This document shows, piece by piece, positions 38,695 through 46,625 of a DNA stretch of 46,625 nucleotides. The position numbers were made by a program, and so were the translations under genes. Each line of letters begins with the position of its first letter. Position 1 is the first letter of the stretch. The notes beneath the pieces are model-generated. The model was not told the DNA's origin, made no database searches, and saw only the letters and a program-made list of their open reading frames with translations. The stretch is from Jimgerdemannia flammicorona (Eukaryota), in contig RBNJ01000053.1 in the NCBI GenBank assembly GCA_003990765.1, positions 1 through 46,625 of the forward strand, given 5' to 3'.

Positions 38695-38877
38695 CACCTC
38701 GTTACTGCCCTGTTAATGGCTACAGAGAACTACAAAAATGTATACACGAGGTTTCCGGCTAGAAACTAAACATATGGACCTCTAAACCAAGATAAGAGCG
38801 CTGGCTAAATTCACGCCAATGTTATTCTCTACAGGCGAATACAGAAAATGCATACGCGTGGTTATCAACTAGAACAG
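38695..38877 (-). pseudogene. Copy D remnant: internally deleted terminal LRR exon and part of the last intron
   Basis: gccaatgttattctctacag-cgaatacagaaaatgcatacgc matches the copy B terminal acceptor (~20471-20512). The gene-upstream anchor atggcgcagttttcc follows at ~39074. Confidence 0.8.
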
Positions 38878-40063
38878 ACTTTCGCTCCCACCCACCTCCC
38901 TCTCGTACACCTCTTTCACGTTTTCTTTGACCTGACCGATGCAACACATTTGAGACAAACATTCCTCATACACGCATTCGCCAAATATACAAAACAGATA
39001 CTCATCCAATTTGTTATTTACAGAGGGATGAGAGTTAACAGAGGGTTCGGTTCGGAGTATTAAGACAAATTTCATGGCGCAGTTTTCCTTTTAATCAAGC
39101 CAGCACGCTGCTACTAAATGAACGTACTTCGATAGAGACGAAAAATCCGAAAGTCACGTGCACACGATACAAGACCACACGCTAAATAGAGCCCAAGGTC
39201 AATATCTCAGAAGATCTGCTGGACTTCATCCGCAAACACCTCACGGAATTTTGCTGACTGAGCACATGAAAACAGAGTTCTTCGGTGTTCCCACATAAAG
39301 TTCAACGATGAAGACGTAAACGATGACGACATCTAAAACGTGACGTCCAATTTGGACGCGTCCGCAAGCTGCAAGCCATGCAAGTCGCAAGCCGATTGAA
39401 TGTCAAAGTGCCATTCCTGTTCTTACTATTCTCATCGTAGATGACTCTTCGGTGTATGCTGCTCAGCCTCTTCAATATGGGCAGTTTCCATAATGCGGTG
39501 TTGCTGGCTTTCGTCTCTCAGGCGGTCGTTCTCAGTTTTCGTAGTGAGACCGTCTCCCCGAAGACATGGACACGGACACAACACGAACGCAGACGATACC
39601 CTTGCCTCAACTCCAGGCTCACCGCCAGACATAATTGCTCCCACCACGGTCTTCCGTTTGAGCCACGCTTTGTCCGACTCGAACATCGTTCTCCAATAGC
39701 CACCGTATCAAAACGCGTCCTTGCCCGCATCTTGCGACGCCTTTTCTTCCCCTGCCTGCAGCTTGGGGTAATCTGGTACGAACTTTCGACCTTAGCCGTG
39801 CCGGCGATCTCGCATTCCCATTCGATGATGACGCGCTGGAATTCGGAGGAGGAGTTGAACAGGAAGGGAGAAGGAATAAGAGTTGTGCCGGTGACATGGG
39901 CCTCCAGTTTTTGGAGGCCTGGAAGAACGTTTTGTGGAAACCAGAGCCTCATGAGCGAGCTAGCAAAAAGGGGGGAGAGGGAGAGAAGGCAGGGGCAGGG
40001 AGGAAGGATGAGGAATGGGAGGTCCATCACGCATGTGCATGCACAAGATAATTCACGATGTCG

Positions 40064-40380
40064 ACTACTGCAATGACACCACCATCAACCTAATGGAGGC
40101 GTTCAATGATCCTGCCACCGATGTCACGTACTGGGAGGGCGAGGTGGGTTTTGCTGACTTCAGAAGTTGAGGGTTTGTAGACGTGTCGTGGTGTGTGTGG
40201 TTAGGGCGGACCGTGTGATTTTCACTTCGTGCGGGACTCAGTGTTATTACTTCCCTCCCCTTCTCGATGTACGATTCTGCTACTTCCTAATCTTCTGTCT
40301 TAATCTATATTATCATCTTCCCTGCCATGCTGCAGATCGTAGACTCTGTCAACCACGTCCTGTGGACCAACATCTGGGAG
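40064..40380 (+). other. Possible spliced gene fragment of unknown family
   Basis: Codon-like blocks YCNDTTINLMEAFNDPATDVTYWEGE|gt, ...YYFPPLLD|gt and ag|IVDSVNHVLWTNIWE. Frames do not join cleanly. Confidence 0.3.
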
Positions 40381-41224
40381 GCAGATAGGGAGGTGGACAT
40401 GAAACATTTATTCGAACCGTGCGTGGGGAAGGATGATCGACAGCAGGCTACGAATGATTTGGGGTCGGATGGTTTCCATTTTTATTTTATTTTATTTTAT
40501 TTTATTTTATAGTCACTTGGACTCCCGCATTTATTACCATCCCATCTAAGCCTGATTTAATATACAATATCCCCTCTCTCTATCCAACACCCGTCGGATG
40601 GTTTCCATGTGGTAGTGGTGGAATGCTGAGGTGATTTTCTTGCATGTGTGAGATATTGTTTAGCCATTTACGAATCTTGGTGAGCATGCAATGTATGGCA
40701 TCATCAGCACGGCTGTCAACTTGGTGGTCATCAAGGTTGTGTCCAACGGCATCTAGGCAGCGATAAAATCAATGAACATTTTTGAGCTCCATACTCCGAT
40801 AAGTTTACCTTCCAGCCAGACTGAATTGGCGCGGCCAAATCAAGTGGATCTTTGATCAGCAGTTTGGATACCGAAACAAGTGTGACGTTCCGCCCGAAAT
40901 TAATCACCAACAAATAAATTACCTGTCTAACCTGCAAAGTGACATCCCAAAGGTGCTTTGTATTCTCCGGTCAACATCAGTCGCTTCTATTCCACCAATC
41001 GCCTTGTTTTATTTACATACTTCCATCAACAGTGCAGTGTTGATATTGTTGCGCCACCCACGTGTGCCTCTTGTGGAACCATAACTGCCCAAAGGTATTT
41101 TGCCAACATCTTTGTACCACAAACCTTACGCTTTTCCATTACCCGTTTTCTTTCCCGAAAACCCTCAACTACATCCTCCAATATATACCCCCTACGCCCA
41201 CCTGGCCGGCAAATTGCATCTCCT

Positions 41225-42780
41225 GGCCTCCATTATTATCTCCACCACCATCGCTTTGGTTGTCGACGCCGTCTAACATTCAGCCACACGTGTCCCTTTC
41301 CTTCCAGAGGGAAAACACCGTTACATCACTGGCGGGAGCACGGGGCTGAGCCATCGAACTGGTGAGTTGAAGCCGGCAGCGGCGGATTTTAGGGTACGTG
41401 TCTTTGGTCCATTTTCACGTGGAAGAGCTTTATCCGTTACAATTTTGTTGAAACTCCTGAAATCTGGTTGTAGGCCAAACAAACATCAGGTCTTTTGTCA
41501 CCTCCAAGGTGGGCACCGTCTGTGCCATAGACGAGGCCACTATTTTCACCTGTGCCAGTATGTCATTCTGTGCCCTTCACCACACCTCCATCTCCCTCAC
41601 ACGACCATCCCTTTCCACAGGCACTTCCTTACCTCGACCAAACCCTCGACGATTTCGAGAACAGTAAGTTCAACTACCTCGGCCTGCTCTACACTGCCCA
41701 CGAACGTGCATACCTTATATCAACTACATTGTACCCTTTAGTTTGTGTTCACTCATTCCTTACAGGAATCCACCCGCCGTATGGTCGCCGATGGCATCCA
41801 AGGCAAAATTGTCTTCGTGTCCTCCGTGCTAGGTCTCATGCTTCATCGGGTACAGTGATTATGCGTCGGCCAAGCACGTGGCCCCGGGAGAAGGGTGTTG
41901 GGTTTGGTTGTAAAGGTGGCGATTTCAAGCGCGGAGGTCCACACACCGCGATATACTCATACACTCACTCTCATTGTAGTCATTGTCGTTATTCTGTCTC
42001 ACTTCACAAAAAATTCTCTCCACTACTCCAGGTCTCGCCGATAGCCTTCGCAACAACTCCTCCTTTACGGCATCAACGTCAACGTCTACTTCCCTGGCGG
42101 CATTCTCTCCCCCGGTTAGGAGACCAAGGTGAGCTTCCAAACCTCACTTGTTGATTTCCCCTCATAAATGTGACCCAGTCTTCGTTCTTAAATTGTATCT
42201 CCGCGTCTTTTGCCCGCAGAACAAGGCGGAGCCCAAGTTCACGGCGGAGATTGAGGGTGCCAGTACGCCGCAGGCAGCTGAGGAATGCGCTAGGACGCTG
42301 ATGAAAGGGGGATACGGGAGAGATTGGAAGCATTCGCTGTGTGGGGTTGGACTCGGGATGCGGATGCGTGCCTGTTTTTGAGCATGTCCGGTTTATAATT
42401 GCAGTCTCCAGGACGGATATTATTTCGTCGGGACTGACTTGCTCACGGTGCTCTTGCGGTCCGCCACGCATAGTAGGTTTATGGAGAAGGATGGGTTGGG
42501 CATGTTGGTGGAGCTGACATGAGCGCATAAATGGCATCGGCATTCTTCGCATGATTTTCTTACTAACTTCTCTTCCTACCCTCCTCGTCTGTTCCCAGGC
42601 CTAAGACCCAGCAACAACTGGGTTCTATATTCGGCACTTGCCAGCGTTGCTTTCTTTATCCTTGTGCTCATTTTTTCGGCTCCCCCCCCCGTTGATCAAG
42701 CCTGTTTCTGGTATCATATTACTCCAACATACACATACATACACACAGATCGTTTCCTCGGGGGCTTTTTGACCTGGATT
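41225..42780 (+). pseudogene. TSC10: 3-ketodihydrosphingosine reductase (KDSR/TSC10-like SDR) pseudogene
   Basis: Exon relics in order: YITGGSTGL (~41322), LDQTLDDFEN..NYLGLLYTAHE, GKIVFVSSVLGLM / FIGYSDYASAK (YxxxK at 41860-41874), GLADSLRN / LLLYGINVNVYFPGGILSPG* (TAG 42117-42119), NKAEPKFTAEIEG, LRPSNNW. Multiple frameshifts. Ends approximate. Confidence 0.8.
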
Positions 42781-43256
42781 TCGTGGTCTTGCAGGGTCAC
42801 AAGAAGATACTGGCGGAGAAGAAGCTGCAGTGGGGTCATGTCGTGTCTTGGGGGATCTTTGGTTTTGTTTGAGTGAAGAAATATTTTGGGTGGCGGTCGC
42901 ACCGTGAAGTTCGTGTTCGGATACGATGGAGTGGAGGCTAGGGGTTGAACGATTATCTTAAGTACCGATATAGGTCGTGCTGATGAGAGTAGGCGGAAAT
43001 GATAATGAGGGACCCCAAAGACTGGTAAGACCGTGTTGGTGTGTCGATATATGTTGGGAGGTACAGGAAATGGTGAAGGGAATAAATCGAATACGAAAAA
43101 TAAAATAATAGCTGTTCACTTTGTGCGACCATGTGGATAAATAAACCCGAGTTCCCGAGGTTTGTATCACAAACCGGGTTGACCCGAAAAGGATAGACTC
43201 GGCGAATCGGTTTTCCGTCAAACACATACACCCCTACACACTCACACACTTACAAT

Positions 43257-45642
43257 ATGCTAATATCCTTGTCAAAGGATACTAACAGCGCCAATCCCAG
43301 AGAAACCAAAGTCCGTGTCAAGGTTTCCGCCGCTGATCAGCATCTGGCTCAGCTCGTTGAAAGCCATTCCTTCAACCTTGAAGAAATCCAAGAAGGTCGA
43401 TCCATCACCGTCAATGTCTTTGACACAAAACCCAACTCTGCGCATCTCAGAAAATACGGGAAAAAATTGTTTAGGGCCCTCCTTTCGGAAAATGAGTCGA
43501 GCCCCGCCCGACGTCTACTGCATGTTATATTGCAACCTCAATCAAAGGGTCGGATCCTCCTCGATCTCAACGGCGACCACGACCTTGACGTCATCCCCTG
43601 GGAGTACGCTTGGGGCAACAACACACCTCTGTCCGATAATGCGGAGCTGAATACCCATGGGTATTTGACCAACAAGTTAAAATTCACACGCGTTCACAGA
43701 CGGAAGATTCTTCAGCTGTCAGAACTTCAGCGACTTCCACTGCGCATCGTCGCCGTCGTACCAGACCCCATCATCCCGCCGAGCGATCCCAACGTGAACC
43801 AATTTCCAGATCTACATCTGAGCGATCAATTTCAAACATTATGTGATGCGTATGAGAAAAACAATCGAGCGGTATTACTGCAGCGTGCGTTCCCGCCGAC
43901 CATCGACCAAATGTACGAGTTGCTTAGAAGCAAGCCTAAGATGGCCACGGTGCTTCATTTCATGGGACACTGCGGCTCGCAGAACAATAGCGCGAAGGCA
44001 CTCATCTTTGAAGATCAAGATACAGGCGGTCTTGACTTCGCTGACGCATTGAACTTTGACGCGTCCATGAATCTGAGACTGGCGTTCCTTTCTGCCTGCG
44101 ACACTCGTCGTGTCGCCCGAGACCTGACTGAAAACGGCATTCCATACACCATCGGTTCACATTGTCCCCTGCCAGACGACCTCACTCGCAAGTTCGAGTG
44201 CAAATTCTACCAGTGCCTTGCCAGCGGCTGTACGGTCGAAAAGGCGATGTTGGATGCGCGCACCTGCATGAAAGACCCAAAAGACACCCGACAACGCTAC
44301 TATTTTCCCGGTGCTATGATCCTCTACTCATCCACGTTTCGGGAGGAGGATGGTGCGTTCATGTGCGACTCGGGCAAGCCCACGATCGAAGCCCACATGC
44401 CCCTCCATAACCTTGAAGAGATCTCCTTCACGCGATATTTTTGCGGACGCAAGAAGAAGCTTATCGAGATAACCGGCGTTTTGAGGCGTATGGCGGAGAG
44501 AGGGACACAGACCTGTCCCATGTACATCATTGAAGGTATTGCTGGTCAGGGAAAGACAGTGTTGGCTGAGAAGGCAGTCAGGAGGTTGGCGCATCTCTTC
44601 CCCGGTGGGATCTTCGCTTGGCGATTCGATCCTTCGCACAAGGTTTCGGCCATCAAATATCTTCAGCGTCTGGCTCAGGTATTATTCCAGGAAGACTTCG
44701 GCAACGACATCGACACGTTGGGACAGGCCATCATGATGAAATTCCGGGGCTATCCGACGACTTTACTGATCCTCAATAGAGCCGATGTCTTGAAGCGCGA
44801 ACAACTCAAGGACGACAAAGATGCTGTAACGCTAGTAAACTGGCTTCAGAAGGTTGTATCGATAGAAGATATTGCAGTTAAAATTCTCGCAACGTCGAAT
44901 CAACCTTTAAAATGGACAACAGAGGAGAAAGTTATGCATCTCGACGGTTTGACAAATTCTGACGATTCGACGGATTCCGACATTGAGAGTGGCGTCGAAT
45001 TGTTCATTCGAAATCTTGACGCTCAAGTGAAGCAGAGGGTGAAGAATGAAGCGAATGCGACGCAGTTGCTACACGAACTCGTCAGACTCGCAGACGGGCA
45101 TCCACTGTGTTTGGAGTTCCTTGGCCATGCGACCACCAAACCACAACATCAAAATATATCACTTAAAGAAATCGTTCATGAACATTTCGACGCAATGCTA
45201 ACAGATGGTTCATATGAAAGTAGAAAACTCGAAACCCGTTTCCGACCAATAATCGACAAGCTTCCAACGCAGCAGCGCATGCTACTGTATTTGTGTTCTC
45301 TTTTCACGGGACCAATCACGGAATCGGTGCTCGTGTTTGTACGATATTTTGTTCATTTGACTGGTACATCGTTGGAAAGGGTCGATTCCAGTATTGACAC
45401 CACAAGAGGGAACCTGTCGCAACTCTGCGATGTCAAGTTATTGTTGAAAAGAGACGACGAATACAAAATCCACGTCGCACTTAGAGAAGGTGTGAGACAA
45501 TGTAATTTTGTAATGAAACTGCGACTCTGTTTGCCGATACTCGGCGTATATGAGGACACGTTTGTAATTGGCGTTGCCAAGCCATCTAAGCATGGTAAGT
45601 AATCAAATTGAAATTCGGGCTATTGATTCTCCTCTCTGGCAG

Positions 45643-45675
<33 letters not shown>

Positions 45676-46625
45676 GAAAGAAAAAAAAATACTGATTTTT
45701 CGCCGCAGGTATTTCCATGGTGCTTGAATGGCAACTCCGAAGCATTCAAGACCATGCTCGTAGCAAAGTGAAGAACAAGACCTATGGCATACAATACTAT
45801 GACGTTGTCAACACTAGCAACAATGGCTATAAACTCGAAAGGGCCGGCGCGCAGCACCAAGTGTTATATGGTGGATTGGTTGTGTTCCGACATAAAGCAT
45901 CCGAAATTCTCCACGATAGCTTTCCAAAGTTCTGCATGGAACACATCATCCATATCATGACAGAAAAGAATTCATCATTCATTCTGTGTTTACATCAAAC
46001 TGACACCGAGCCCGCTAAACGGTCTACCCCAAATACCAAAAGAAATATAGTTCTGATTAAGAAAGCCATGGAGTCATTGCGATCTGCTCTGGGGGAGACA
46101 CACTTTATAATGAAGACAGAACCTTCTCCCAGTAAGTTGCAGTCTCCTAGACTCCCAGAACAACTGTTGAAAATAATACAAACTCACGATACCATCATCA
46201 AACTGTTTATTTGAATATGTAAACTGATAGATATTATCTATGAAAAAGAACAGTCCTCAAATACTTCGCAGGGTGAGTGGAAAATTTTGTATAATATTAT
46301 GAACAGGAGCAACTTATTGGAATCGCTCACTGACAAAGATGCTTTCCCTTCACCGAAACAAAAGTCGGCAATCAGAACCAGCCGGCTATCGAAATAGATT
46401 TCGGCAATGTCAACACATATGGAAAATTTGTTGGACGTCAGCAAGAGCTCCAAAAATTGGAAGAACTACTGAGTGATAAGGAAATTCGCTATATCACCAT
46501 ACGCGGTTTCGGCGGGATGGGCAAAACGGCATTGGCAATTCAAGCGGTCAAGAACTTTAATTCTGGCAGAGTTCTGGTGATATCCCTCATTGGAAAGCCA
46601 AATTCAGCTTCAGTAATCTCAAAAA
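43257..46625 (+). CDS. NLR-like STAND protein: CHAT (caspase-like) protease - NB-ARC - unknown region - second NB-ARC; runs off the window
   Basis: Exon 1 is 43257-45594. It has CHAT dyad motifs VLHFMGH (His 43968) and LAFLSAC (Cys 44097), FCGR, Walker A GIAGQGKT (44535-44558), Walker B-like LLILNRAD, GHPL and KIH. Intron 45595-45708 joins in frame to the 45717 ORF. A second FVGRQQEL...GFGGMGKT lies at 46427-46528; the splicing that links it is uncertain. Confidence 0.85.

Noticed and set aside
39432-40076. Overlapping ORFs of 211 aa (+) and 170 aa (-)
   Set aside because: No recognisable motifs, and multiple open frames are expected in this GC-richer stretch.
39126-43256. Gasdermin, HET or amyloid-motif effector gene next to the CHAT-NLR
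   Set aside because: None recognisable upstream within the window; the downstream side is not visible.

Overview
Eukaryotic, intron-rich DNA. It is probably from a fungus, with a Mucoromycota-like style, but this is inference. Bases ~250-11230 are nested, decayed Ty3/Gypsy retrotransposons: a dUTPase-carrying element, with a chromodomain-integrase element inserted into its 3' LTR. Bases ~11.4-39.1 kb are four tandem copies of an ~8.5-10 kb unit. Each unit carries a minus-strand gene that the ORF track cannot see: SAM domain, coiled coil, a conserved core (PRLFFIFP...FRLYFLCEH...GNLQRV...WVC) and a ribonuclease-inhibitor-like LRR array. Every internal 28-aa LRR is its own 84-bp, phase-1/phase-1 exon. 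Copy A (25 exons, 12 LRR exons) and copy C (19 exons, 6 LRR exons) splice into open frames by hand. Copy B (13 LRR exons) is a pseudogene and copy D is almost entirely deleted. The most variable LRR residue is encoded across the splice junction. At the right end are a decayed KDSR/TSC10-like gene and an NLR-like gene with a CHAT protease, an NB-ARC domain and a second NB-ARC P-loop running off the window. Together this looks like a fast-evolving candidate immune-receptor locus. All gene models are manual readings and no database search was possible.
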